DNA from: Nannocystales bacterium
GTDB lineage: Bacteria; Myxococcota_A; Polyangia; Nannocystales; Nannocystaceae
Direction: 5' to 3'
NCBI GenBank assembly: GCA_050633305.1
Contig: JBOEGF010000043.1
Location: 32,001 to 96,000, forward strand
Length of the DNA stretch: 64,000 nt
Part shown: piece after piece, positions 38,528 to 48,374 of the stretch
Position numbering within the stretch: the first letter of the stretch is position 1
Layout of the letters: the number at the start of each line of letters is the position of its first letter
Translations under genes and position numbers: made by a program
Notes under the pieces: generated by a model
Told to the model about the DNA's origin: nothing
The model's input: only the letters and a program-made list of their open reading frames with translations
Database searches by the model: none

Positions 38528-38599
38528 TCGCCTCGTACACAACCACGATCAGGCCCCGCTGCCCAAAGGACGGCGGGGCTTGGTCCACTCGAGCGGCGG

Positions 38600-40384
38600 C
38601 TACCGCTCGCAGATGAGGTGGTCTTCGGGATTGCGGCGGAAGTCGTCGCTGTTGGCGGCTGGGCAGTTCGCCAGGATCAGAGACTTGAGCTGTCGGACCT
38701 CCTCGTGGTCCAGGGCCATGGAGTCGAAGACCAGCGGGATGATGTCATCGCTCGCGATCTCGTCGCGCACATCGGAGAGCAGGTCTTGTGCTCGGCCGGT
38801 CTCCCACATCGTCTCGAAGTTGCCCTCGTAGGAGGCCACGAGGTCGGTGTACGCGTCACCGCGGAACACGAGCATGTTCTCGAACGTGTTGTGTTCGGCG
38901 TTGTCGGAGAGGTTGTAGCTCCCCGTCCACAGCTCATCGCCGTCGATCAGAATGTACTTTTGGTGCATCTGAGCGGCGTAGGTGTAGTGCCAACGATACG
39001 AGTACCACTTGTACCGGACGTCCACGCCAGCCTCGCCGAGCTGGTAGCCAAACCGGAATCCCTTGTCCATGCAGTTCCGGGTCTGAATGTCGGTGTTCGC
39101 CTCATCGAGGCACTCCTGCAGATCCTCGAGTTGCAGGCTGTGGCTGTAGCTGGAGATGTACTCCTGCGCGTCGAGGTAGACGCGAATCTCCAGGTCTGGG
39201 TCGGCGGCGCGCTTGGCCAGGATCGCCTCTGAGATGCCGCGGTGGCGTAGGTGGCCCGAAGCGACGTGGATCGAGTCTGTCGCGTCCGCGATCGCAGCAA
39301 TGAGCGCGTCGGAGACCTCGTTTCCACGGTTCTTGCGGAAAGTATCTCCCCCGACGGACACATCGAAGTTCTCCGATGTGAAGTACGCGTGGCTGTCGGG
39401 ACCGTCGGCGATGTCGGCCTCCGAGATGCTGGCCTCGGAGAGTGTCCATGCCAGGTCTGGGTTGATGTCCAACGCGCGGCTGTGGGCCCACAGGTGGTTG
39501 AACTCCTGCTGCATACGGAGCGCGAGCTCTTCGTGTCCTTGGAGGAACAAGGTGTTCTCGTCGTAGCGAGTCCCGGCGCTGTTGGACCAGTTTGCGCTGC
39601 CCGATGCGATCGTCGCGGTCTGAGCGAGCTCGAGGTCGGCGCGGGGTCCGTCGATGATCATGAACTTGTGGTGCATGATCTTGTTCACCCAGCGGACGTC
39701 GATGCCCGCTTGCTCGAGTTGCCCGGAGCGCGAGTTGAGCAGGGCGTCTCCCTCGAGACGGCGGTCGTCGTAGGCCGTCTCGTAGAGGAAGCGAATCTCG
39801 ACACCGCGCTGTGATGCGTCCTCCAGGGCGGCGCGGACCGTGCCGTTGGAGTAGCTGTACATCGCGATGTCGATCGTCTCCTGGGCCTGGTCGATCAGGT
39901 CGGCGACGCGCTGGTTGTGGGTCGAGGGGCTCGGTTGGGGCGAGAAGATGACGTCGGTCATCGGCTCGCTGTCGTCGGTGACGAGGTCGAGGTAGCCTTG
40001 GGCGACCGCGTAGTCGATGAGGCGGCCGAAGGCTCGTGGCCCGACGTAGCCGATGTCGTCCAACTCCGGGATGGAGTCGATGGAGTCGTCGTCATCCGTG
40101 CCCACGATTCCGTCAGCCCCATCGCGGTGCGCGATGATGTTGCGGGCGGCGCGAGCATCGAGGCGAGCGTCGTGGTCGAGCTCGTCCAGGTCGACCGCCG
40201 GGTCGTTGACCAACAGGAGGACCGCTTGGGCTTCGTCGGAGTCTGGGTCGATCGCGCCGTCGGCCTTGCCGATTGCGATCGAGTCCCACTCGCCATCGCT
40301 CGGGTCGGTGGCGGGGGGTTCGCCACAAGCAGACAGCGCAAGCAGGAGCGATGCAGTGAGCGTGTGTCGAGCGACCCGGTCCAT
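38600..40384 (-). CDS. Phospholipase D superfamily lipoprotein with N-terminal helix-hairpin-helix region
   Basis: Two HKD motifs (MHHKFMIID..GSANWS; MHQKYILID..GSYNLS); ELDDIGYVGP; lipobox LSAC. Confidence 0.88.
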   Translation of the reverse strand: MDRVARHTLTASLLLALSACGEPPATDPSDGEWDSIAIGKADGAIDPDSDEAQAVLLLVNDPAVDLDELDHDARLDARAARNIIAHRDGADGIVGTDDDDSIDSIPELDDIGYVGPRAFGRLIDYAVAQGYLDLVTDDSEPMTDVIFSPQPSPSTHNQRVADLIDQAQETIDIAMYSYSNGTVRAALEDASQRGVEIRFLYETAYDDRRLEGDALLNSRSGQLEQAGIDVRWVNKIMHHKFMIIDGPRADLELAQTATIASGSANWSNSAGTRYDENTLFLQGHEELALRMQQEFNHLWAHSRALDINPDLAWTLSEASISEADIADGPDSHAYFTSENFDVSVGGDTFRKNRGNEVSDALIAAIADATDSIHVASGHLRHRGISEAILAKRAADPDLEIRVYLDAQEYISSYSHSLQLEDLQECLDEANTDIQTRNCMDKGFRFGYQLGEAGVDVRYKWYSYRWHYTYAAQMHQKYILIDGDELWTGSYNLSDNAEHNTFENMLVFRGDAYTDLVASYEGNFETMWETGRAQDLLSDVRDEIASDDIIPLVFDSMALDHEEVRQLKSLILANCPAANSDDFRRNPEDHLICER

Positions 40385-40662
40385 ACCAGACACGTGAGCA
40401 ATTGTAGTGCCATGTAGGCGAATCGACGCTGGGTCTTCATAGTCTTGGAATTTCCCACGGTTCTTGGGAGCGCTATGTGCGCCGTGGAGGCGTCGCGCTG
40501 GCTAGTCCAGTGGCCAGACGGATCCTGTAGCCACCGGGGACACGTCCATGGGGGCCGCTGTCCCGTGTGCGCTGGCTCGCACGAGTGTCGGGGCCGAACC
40601 GAAGCGCGCAGTCGTGTCGGCGTGTCGGAGTGTGGATGTCGCGCTGCTACCCTCCGCCTCCG

Positions 40663-42102
40663 ATGAAGCGGGCGCTGGTTCTTCTCTTCGCGCTGACGGC
40701 CGCATGCGATCGCGGTTCACCGGAACAACCGGCGCCCGCCGGGACCGACTGCGACTTGCCCGGCGGGGTCGCTGCCACCTGTTCGAGCATCGAGGTGCCC
40801 GAGAACCCCGACGCGCCGCAGCTGCGGACGCTGTCGCTCTCCGTGGCGGTCGTACCCGCCCGCGAGCCCGAGGGGCGTCCCCCCGTGGTGCTGATCGCTG
40901 GAGGCCCTGGCCAGGGCGCGCAGTCATCGTATGGCGCTGCGCTGCGGGCCTTCGACACGATCCGCGACCATCACGACCTGGTCTTGTTGGATCAGCGCGG
41001 CACCGGAGGCTCTCACCCGCTGGTCTGCGAAAACACGCAGGTTCTCGACTTGAAGCAGGCCGTCTCGCTTGAGATCGATGGGCCGAGGCTGCAGGCGTGC
41101 CGAGATGGTCAAGATGCCGACCTGACGCAATACACGACGGCACGCGCCATCGATGACCTCGCCCATGTTCTCAAGACGCTCGGCTACGAGAAGAGCCACT
41201 TGGTCGGGGGGAGCTACGGCACTCGGGTGGCGTTGGCGTTTGCGCGGGCGTACCCGGAGCAGACCGCGTCGATCGTCATCGACGGCGTGGCCCCGCCCGA
41301 CTTCGCGATGCCGCTGTCCTTCGCCAGGGATGCTGAGGCGGCATTGGACGCGATGGTGCGTGACTGTGCCGCCCATGCGGCGTGCGACGCATCGTTCCCG
41401 ACCCTGAAGGCAGACCTCCGAGCGCTCGCGACACGTCCTGCGTCCGAGGTGACCGTCGTCCACCCGAGGACCGGCGCGCCGGAGACGCTCGAACTCAGCG
41501 GTCGGGCACTCGCGGGCGGAATGCGAAGCATGCTGTACGCGCCCGAACTCTCCGCGTTGCTCCCCTTGTCGGTCGCGTCTGCATCCCAGGGCGACTTTGG
41601 CCCGATGGTGGCCCAAGCAGCGCTGCTCGGGGACGGCATGGGTGGAAGCTTGGCCGAGGGCATGTTCCTCAGCGTGATCTGTAGCGAAGACGTTCCGTAC
41701 ATCACGGAGGCTGCGGCCGCCGAGGAGACCGCGGGCACGCTGATGGGCACCATGTTCATCGACCACCTGCGCGCCTCCTGCGAGCACTGGGTCCGCGCAC
41801 CCATCCCAGACGGGTTCCGAGATCCGGTGACCAGCGATGTCCCCGCCTTGGTGCTCTCCGGGGAGGTGGATCCGGTCACGCCCCCTCGATGGGGAGAACA
41901 CGCCCTGGAGACGCTGCCGAACGGTCGCCACGTCGTGGTCCCCGGAGCTGGCCACGGCATTGTGATGCTTCCGTGTGCTGACGGCGTGCTGGCGGACTTC
42001 TTTGAGCACGGTGACGCCAAAGCCGTGGACGCGAGCTGTCTGGAGTCGCGCCGACGGGCGCCGTTCTTCATCGACTTTGCAGGACCACAGGTGAACCCAT
42101 GA
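40663..42102 (+). CDS. Alpha/beta-hydrolase, tripeptidyl-aminopeptidase (TAP)-like lipoprotein
   Basis: AGGPG, DQRGTG, GGSYGT nucleophile, DPVTP, GAGH. Confidence 0.9.
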   Translation: MKRALVLLFALTAACDRGSPEQPAPAGTDCDLPGGVAATCSSIEVPENPDAPQLRTLSLSVAVVPAREPEGRPPVVLIAGGPGQGAQSSYGAALRAFDTIRDHHDLVLLDQRGTGGSHPLVCENTQVLDLKQAVSLEIDGPRLQACRDGQDADLTQYTTARAIDDLAHVLKTLGYEKSHLVGGSYGTRVALAFARAYPEQTASIVIDGVAPPDFAMPLSFARDAEAALDAMVRDCAAHAACDASFPTLKADLRALATRPASEVTVVHPRTGAPETLELSGRALAGGMRSMLYAPELSALLPLSVASASQGDFGPMVAQAALLGDGMGGSLAEGMFLSVICSEDVPYITEAAAAEETAGTLMGTMFIDHLRASCEHWVRAPIPDGFRDPVTSDVPALVLSGEVDPVTPPRWGEHALETLPNGRHVVVPGAGHGIVMLPCADGVLADFFEHGDAKAVDASCLESRRRAPFFIDFAGPQVNP

Positions 42103-42833
42103 TCGAGGCGCACGAGCTTCGTAAGACGTTTGGCGACGTGGTCGCCGTCGACTCCGTGTCCCTCGACGCCGCCGACGGGCAGATCACGGGAATCCTCGGC
42201 CCCAACGGCGCGGGAAAGACGACGACGATGCGCATGATCTCCACACTTGTCCGGCCCGACGGTGGACGAGTTCGTGTCGATGGACGGGATGCAGCGGCAG
42301 AGCCCGCCGAGGTCCGGCGTCGGTTGGGCGTGCTGCCTGACGCCCGTGGCCTCTATCCGAGGCTGACCGCGCGGGAGAACATCGAGTATTTCGGCCGGCT
42401 GCAGGGTCTCGACGAGCCGTCCCTTCGTGCTCGCGTCGAGGGGTTGCTCGAGCGGCTGGACCTGGGGGCCGTCGCGAAACGTCGCGTCCACGGCTTCTCG
42501 CAGGGGGAGCGGGCCAAGGTCGCGATCGCGAGAGCATTGGTGCATGAGCCACAGAACGTCTTGCTGGACGAGCCGACCAACGGCCTCGACGTGATGAGCA
42601 CCCGGGCCATGCGAGAGCTGATCCGCGGACTGCGTGAGGAGGGCAAAGCGGTCGTGTTCTGCAGCCATGTCATGCAGGAGGTCTCCGCGTTGTGCGACAC
42701 CATCGTCGTGGTGGCACGGGGGACGGTCGTCGCCCGCGGGAGCGCAGACGAACTCCTGGCGCAGGCTGGAACCGACTCACTCGAGGACGCGTTCGTTTCG
42801 ATCATCGGAACCGAGGAGGGGTTGGTCGCGTGA
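42099..42833 (+). CDS. ABC transporter ATP-binding protein (NatA-like)
   Basis: GPNGAGKTT, FSQGE, LLDEPTNGLD, SH. Confidence 0.92.
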   Translation: MIEAHELRKTFGDVVAVDSVSLDAADGQITGILGPNGAGKTTTMRMISTLVRPDGGRVRVDGRDAAAEPAEVRRRLGVLPDARGLYPRLTARENIEYFGRLQGLDEPSLRARVEGLLERLDLGAVAKRRVHGFSQGERAKVAIARALVHEPQNVLLDEPTNGLDVMSTRAMRELIRGLREEGKAVVFCSHVMQEVSALCDTIVVVARGTVVARGSADELLAQAGTDSLEDAFVSIIGTEEGLVA

Positions 42834-44005
42834 GTCTGTGGAAGACCATCCGCATCGTGGCGCGCAAAGAACTGCTGGACGGTGTCAGGGACCGCCGGTC
42901 GGTGTTGTCTGCACTGTTGCTGCCCTTGTTCGGACCCATCCTCATCGCGGTGATGTTCAGCATCATCCTGACCGAGGAGGCTGACGACGGCCCCGTCGCG
43001 CTGCCCGTCGTGGGGCCCGAGCACGCGGTCGCGTTGATCGAGCATCTGGAGTCGCAGAACATCGAGGTGGTCGCACCCCCTGAGGACCCGCGCGGTGCGG
43101 TGGCCGCAGGGGACGAAAACGTCGTGCTCGAGATTCTTCCGGAGTTTGAGGACGAGTTCCGGGCGGGTCGGCCCGCGCCTGTCTCGCTGTACATCGACAC
43201 CTCCCGGCGCGAGGGACGGGTGCCTGTTCGCAAGGTTCGTCGTGCGATCGAGACGTACTCCGGCAAGGTGGGAACACTGCGTCTCCTGGCGCGGGGGATC
43301 GACCCGCAGCTGGCCCGACCGGTGAGCGTTGGCGATGTGGACACGGCGACCCCCCAGCAGAAAGCGGCCAACCTGCTGGCGATGGTGCCCATGTTCGTGA
43401 TGCTCGCCGTCTTCGTGGGCGGGATGTTCATGGCGACGGACGCGACTGCCGGGGAGCGCGAGCGCAAGTCGCTGGAGCCGCTGTTGCTGACCCCCGCAGG
43501 CCGCGGTGGACTCGTCCTCGGTAAGTGGGCGGCGACCACACTGTTCTCATCGATGGGGCTGGTGATCACGTTGATCGGAAGCAGCGTCGCGATGGCTCAG
43601 CTTCCGCTGGAGGAGGTTGGCCTCAACGTCGCACTGGGCCCCACGGATGGGTTGTGGGTCCTGGCGCTTCTCTTGCCGCTTGCGCCGATGGCTGCGGCCA
43701 TGCAGATGTTTGTCGCGAGCTTCGCCAAGAGCTTTCGAGAAGCGCAGACGTACCTGTCGATGTTGACCATGCTGCCCACGTTGCCGGGCGTGTTCCTGAC
43801 GTTGGAACCCCTCCCGCCGGACGGCTGGGCGTCTGCGGTCCCCGTCCTTGGCCAGCAAGTGTTGCTGCTCGGGGTGTTACGCGGCGACGCCATACCGCTG
43901 TGGGGCGCCCTCGCATCCACGGCCGTCGTACTGATCTTGACCGCTGTGTTCGTGGTCGGAACGACCCGTCTGTTCGGGAGCGAGCGGACGATCTTCGGCG
44001 ACTAG
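42830..44005 (+). CDS. ABC transporter permease (NatB-like)
   Basis: KELLDGVRDRR, AGERERKSLEPLL, AKSFREAQTY. Confidence 0.9.
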   Translation: MSLWKTIRIVARKELLDGVRDRRSVLSALLLPLFGPILIAVMFSIILTEEADDGPVALPVVGPEHAVALIEHLESQNIEVVAPPEDPRGAVAAGDENVVLEILPEFEDEFRAGRPAPVSLYIDTSRREGRVPVRKVRRAIETYSGKVGTLRLLARGIDPQLARPVSVGDVDTATPQQKAANLLAMVPMFVMLAVFVGGMFMATDATAGERERKSLEPLLLTPAGRGGLVLGKWAATTLFSSMGLVITLIGSSVAMAQLPLEEVGLNVALGPTDGLWVLALLLPLAPMAAAMQMFVASFAKSFREAQTYLSMLTMLPTLPGVFLTLEPLPPDGWASAVPVLGQQVLLLGVLRGDAIPLWGALASTAVVLILTAVFVVGTTRLFGSERTIFGD

Positions 44006-44013
44006 TACCTCCC

Positions 44014-44204
44014 GCCTGGACTCCGTGCCGGGTTTCTTCGGGCCCCCCTTCGGGTGTGGGGCCTCTCCGAAACCCTCGGTTGGTCAGGCCTGCGTTCGGT
44101 ACTTTCCGTTTTTTCCGCTGCGCATCCCTCCGGGACGCTTCGCTCTGTCGACCCGAATTCCTCGGAGGACCCGGAACGAACTTCAGAACGGACGTCCTAG
44201 AGGC
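44014..44204. other. Highly structured intergenic element (candidate ncRNA or MITE/REP-like repeat)
   Basis: Ends can pair (GCCTGGACTCCGT / ACGGACGTCCTAGAGGC); nested internal stems. Confidence 0.5.
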
Positions 44205-44229
44205 ACCCCCTCGTCTGTCGACCGCCTGC

Positions 44230-45675
44230 CTATCGCGGACCGCCACCGTACTTCGCGACCCAGATGTCGCCGTTGGTGTTGGCCTCGGATCGAAGCTCGC
44301 CGACCACGGCGATGTCATCATTGGAGTCGACCGCGACGGCATGCGCAGCGTCGTGGTTCAGTCCGGCGCCCGCGGCGTTCTGAGTCCAGACCACATTGCC
44401 CGGTGCATCCCACTTGCGCATCCAGATGTCGGAGTCGGTGTCGGTGATCGCCTTGAAACCGACCACGATGAACGCGCTCTGGCTGTCGGCCGCCAGTGCC
44501 AGGCCGGCATCGTCGAGGATCGCCGGGCTGCCGAAGCGTTTCTGCTGCACCAACGCGCCGCTCTCGCCGTCAAACTTCGCGAAGAACACGTCGGTGTCGT
44601 TGACCGTGGACGGGGTCGTCCCTGCGATGCCCACGGTCCCGTCGGGTGCCACGGCCAAGCCCATCGCTTGCTGCGACGTCGGCGGGGTGGTGTCGTAGAC
44701 CTGCGTCCAGCGCTCGTCGCCGTTGGTTTCGTAGGCGCGAACCCAGATGTCCGCGTTGAAGCTGAGGTTGGAGATGAAGCCTCCGACGACCGGCAGTCCT
44801 TCGGGGCTCCAGGCGACGCCCTGAGCACGATCGTCGAGGCCGTCGGGTCCATCGACGTTGTCGGTCCACAGCTCCGTTCCGTCGGTCCCGGAGACGAGGG
44901 TGACCCACACGTCGTTGTCGCCATTGCCCTCCCGCAAGAACCCGCCGACCAGAACCGAGCCGTCCGGCCCGACCGCGATTGCGTTGGCCTGGTCGGACCC
45001 CTCCGAGCTTCCCGTCACGGTGCGGGACCACAGTTCGGTGCCCTCGGGGTCGAGCTTGGCAAACCACGCGTCGGTCGCGGCTCGGCCTGCGATGTAGAGG
45101 TTGCCGTCGCCATCGACGTCGATGCCGAAACCGCGGTCTTCTCCACCCATCGAGGGGTCGAGCGTGAGCTCCAGCCCGGGGGTGCCATCGGGGGCGTAGG
45201 CATGCACCCACACACTGCTGTCGCCCACCGTGTCCACCTCGAACCCGATCGCCCATACGTTGCCCGCGTCGTCGAAGGCGACCCCCTGTCCGGTATCCGC
45301 AATCGATGCGTCGCCGCCGTGGGTCCGAGACCACTGCTGGGTGTCGATGCTGATGGTGCAGTCCGGCTCGCAACCGTCGCCGGGGTCCAGGTTGCCGTCG
45401 TCGCACTCCTCGGGGGGTTCGAGCATCGCGTCCCCGCATTCGGGAAGGACCACGCCCGTGTCGTCGGAGGTGGGGTCTGTTGTCGGATTGGGGTCTGTCG
45501 GATCCGGCGCTGTGCTCGAGGAGGCTGGTCCGTCCTCGGAGCTTGGCTCGGTGTCGCCGCTCGTCGTACCGCCGTCGTCGGTGTCTGTGTCTACGCCGCT
45601 GCCACCGCCGGAGTCCCCACCGCAGGCGGGGAGCAGCAGGGCCAAACACAGGGCGGTCGAGCGTCGAACCAGCAT
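44230..45675 (-). CDS. Lipoprotein with Myxococcus Cys-rich repeat and beta-propeller
   Basis: Lipobox LPAC; CGDAMLEPPEECDDGNLDPGDGCEPDC; about 6-7 D.A.GVA.D.DG..D.WV.K blades. Confidence 0.82.
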   Translation of the reverse strand: MLVRRSTALCLALLLPACGGDSGGGSGVDTDTDDGGTTSGDTEPSSEDGPASSSTAPDPTDPNPTTDPTSDDTGVVLPECGDAMLEPPEECDDGNLDPGDGCEPDCTISIDTQQWSRTHGGDASIADTGQGVAFDDAGNVWAIGFEVDTVGDSSVWVHAYAPDGTPGLELTLDPSMGGEDRGFGIDVDGDGNLYIAGRAATDAWFAKLDPEGTELWSRTVTGSSEGSDQANAIAVGPDGSVLVGGFLREGNGDNDVWVTLVSGTDGTELWTDNVDGPDGLDDRAQGVAWSPEGLPVVGGFISNLSFNADIWVRAYETNGDERWTQVYDTTPPTSQQAMGLAVAPDGTVGIAGTTPSTVNDTDVFFAKFDGESGALVQQKRFGSPAILDDAGLALAADSQSAFIVVGFKAITDTDSDIWMRKWDAPGNVVWTQNAAGAGLNHDAAHAVAVDSNDDIAVVGELRSEANTNGDIWVAKYGGGPR

Positions 45676-45746
45676 GAGCGCAGGATATCAGCCGTGCTCC
45701 AGCCCGGCGGAGGGCCAGACGCGGACGCGCCGACACATCCCGGTGC

Positions 45747-46262
45747 TCAGCCGCACAGCCCCCACTGCGGCGGGACGCAGAACACGCCGCTGGACGATCC
45801 TTCGTCGTTCTCGATCTGGGTGCAGGTGACGCTCCCGTCGTTGGTGCAGTCCTCTCCCTCCGAGAGTCCCGCCTGCGAGCATTCCGGGAGGCAGAAACAC
45901 TCTCCGTCACCGAAGACGATGTAGTTGCCGGTCAGGCAGGTGCGCGGTGGGTTGTCATCGCACGCTTCGATGAAGCTGTCTCCGGTGAAGGGGACCGAGC
46001 CGAGGTACCAGTCTCCATCACAGCTGTTCGCCCCCGAGTCGTCGTCGTTGCCCGAGTCGTCGTTGCCCGAGTCGTCGTCGTTGCCCGAGTCGTCGTCGTT
46101 GCCCGAGTCGTCGTCGTTGCCCGAGTCGTCGTCGTCGTCGTCGGAATCGTCGTCATCGTCCATCGCGCCCGAGTCATCGTTTCCAGAGTCGCCTTCGTCG
46201 CCACATGCGGGGAACGCGAGCGAAGACAGGAGAAGCCAGGGCAAGAGGCGCGCGGTGTTCAT
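45747..46262 (-). CDS. Acidic-repeat, Cys-rich lipoprotein
   Basis: Lipobox FPAC; SGNDDD repeats; Cys-rich C-terminus. Confidence 0.75.
   Translation of the reverse strand: MNTARLLPWLLLSSLAFPACGDEGDSGNDDSGAMDDDDDSDDDDDDSGNDDDSGNDDDSGNDDDSGNDDSGNDDDSGANSCDGDWYLGSVPFTGDSFIEACDDNPPRTCLTGNYIVFGDGECFCLPECSQAGLSEGEDCTNDGSVTCTQIENDEGSSSGVFCVPPQWGLCG
46033..46140. repeat. 18/15-bp tandem coding repeat (SGNDDD)
   Basis: CCCGAGTCGTCGTCGTTG units in tandem. Confidence 0.9.
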
Positions 46263-46313
46263 GCCCCCCACACGCGCTGTCTCCCGCGAGGTCGCGGTTT
46301 TTTTTCGACCCTC

Positions 46314-46883
46314 ATGATGTCTATGCTCGTTTCCGTGGATGACGAGCTCCCACGCGACGCGCAGGACCGCCTGTGGATCTTCGGCTACGGCTCGCTGGTG
46401 TGGCGTCCATCGTTTGAGCATGCCGTGGCGCGCCCGGCCGTGGTGCAGGGGTGGACCCGGAGGTTTTGGCAGTGGTCCACCGACCACCGCGGGGTGCCGG
46501 GTTCGCCCGGCCGGGTGGCGACCGTGCTCGAGGCGGCCGGAGAGTCGTGCTGGGGTCGGGCCTACGCTGTGGACCCTGAGCACCAGGAGGGGGTCCTCGC
46601 CGCGCTCGATCATCGCGAAAAGCAGGGATACGACCGGGCGGTGGTGTCGCTAGGATTCCCTGGAGGCGCTGGCCCTCGCGCGCTCATGTACGTCGCGACG
46701 CCGGACAACCCAAGCTTCGCCGGAGAGACCCCGCTCGCCGAGCTGGCGAGCATCATCTCGACCCGCCATGGCCCCAGCGGGGCGAACCTCGACTACCTGC
46801 TTCGCCTCGCCGAGGCGCTCCGTGAGATGGGGGTGGACGATCCCCATGTGTTCGACCTGGAAGCGCGTTGTCGTCGGGCCTGA
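46314..46883 (+). CDS. chaC: ChaC-family gamma-glutamylcyclotransferase
   Basis: WIFGYGSLVW, STDHRG.PGSPGRV, LDHREKQGY, GPSGANLDYL. Confidence 0.9.
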   Translation: MMSMLVSVDDELPRDAQDRLWIFGYGSLVWRPSFEHAVARPAVVQGWTRRFWQWSTDHRGVPGSPGRVATVLEAAGESCWGRAYAVDPEHQEGVLAALDHREKQGYDRAVVSLGFPGGAGPRALMYVATPDNPSFAGETPLAELASIISTRHGPSGANLDYLLRLAEALREMGVDDPHVFDLEARCRRA

Positions 46884-46919
46884 CGGAGCTGGGCGCGAGG
46901 CGCTATCGTCCGCGACGCG

Positions 46920-47858
46920 ATGATCATCGAGAAGCGGTCCTGGTTCAGGTCTCTCGCCGCCGTGCGAGGCACATCGCTGCCGCGCACCTGGTTACGTCTG
47001 TTCGTGACGGTGTTGTTTGCGGTCGTGGTCACGGTGCTCAACGAGACCGGTCGCATCGGCGCGACGCGCTCGCCGCTTCCGTTCTCCTTGATCGGCGTGG
47101 CGCTCGGCATCTTCCTCGGCTTCCGCAACAACACGGCGTACGACCGCTTCTGGGAGGGACGGAAGCTGTGGGGGCGAATGGTCAACGTCTCCCGCAGCCT
47201 GACCCGCCAGATTCAGATGATGGTCGGTCCGCAGCCCGGGGAGCCTGTCGACAGCGCGGCGCGTGCCGCGGTCCATCGCGAGTTGGTGCACCGCATCGTC
47301 GCCTACGTGCACGTGTTCCGACACCACCTGCGCAATGAGCCGGACCTCTCGGATGTCGTCGGGCATCTTCCGCAGGACGAAGTTCAGGCTCTGGACGGTG
47401 AGAGCAACCGACCCACGGCGGTCACCGCTCGTACCGGCGAACGGCTTCGAGAGCTGTGGGACCGCGGGTGGATTCACCCGATGCACCTGCCGGTGCTTGA
47501 GGCGAGCCTGACCGAGATGACGGGGATTCAAGGCGGGTGTGAGCGCATCAAGGCCACCCCGATCCCCGCCTCGTACACGATCCTCATTCACCGCATCGTG
47601 GCGACGTACGCCTTCGCGCTCCCGCTGGGAATCGTCGACATCACCCACGGCTGGACACCGGTCGTCGTGTTGTTGATCGCCTATGCGTTCTACGGCCTCG
47701 ACGCGATTGGCGATGAGATCGAGGAGCCTTTCGGGTTCGACGAGAACGACCTGCCGCTGTCGACGCTCAGCCGGATGATCGAGGTGAACGTGCGGCAGCG
47801 CCTGGGAGAAACCGAGCTCCCACCGTTGCTCGAGCCCGAGGGCGGAATCCTGCGCTGA
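46920..47858 (+). CDS. Bestrophin-family channel (YneE-like)
   Basis: FLGFRNNTAYDRFWEGRKLWG, GCERIKATPIP, EIEEPFG..NDLPL. Confidence 0.93.
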   Translation: MIIEKRSWFRSLAAVRGTSLPRTWLRLFVTVLFAVVVTVLNETGRIGATRSPLPFSLIGVALGIFLGFRNNTAYDRFWEGRKLWGRMVNVSRSLTRQIQMMVGPQPGEPVDSAARAAVHRELVHRIVAYVHVFRHHLRNEPDLSDVVGHLPQDEVQALDGESNRPTAVTARTGERLRELWDRGWIHPMHLPVLEASLTEMTGIQGGCERIKATPIPASYTILIHRIVATYAFALPLGIVDITHGWTPVVVLLIAYAFYGLDAIGDEIEEPFGFDENDLPLSTLSRMIEVNVRQRLGETELPPLLEPEGGILR

Positions 47859-47919
47859 GTGCGTCGTGGTTTCGCGGCGCCGCCCGTGTTAGATCCCCGC
47901 CCGGAAGATCGAGGTGGCC

Positions 47920-48295
<376 letters not shown>

Positions 48296-48374
48296 ACCAC
48301 CTCGGTCTTCCGCTATTTCGAAAAGAAGCTGTCCTTTCTCGGTCACACTTCTGCCCGCTCGATCTCTACCTCCC

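Noticed and set aside
44014..44204. 6S RNA, SRP RNA or tRNA
   Set aside because: Branched fold rather than the 6S rod with a central bubble, no SRP GNRA-loop motif and no cloverleaf; cannot be fully excluded without a covariance-model search
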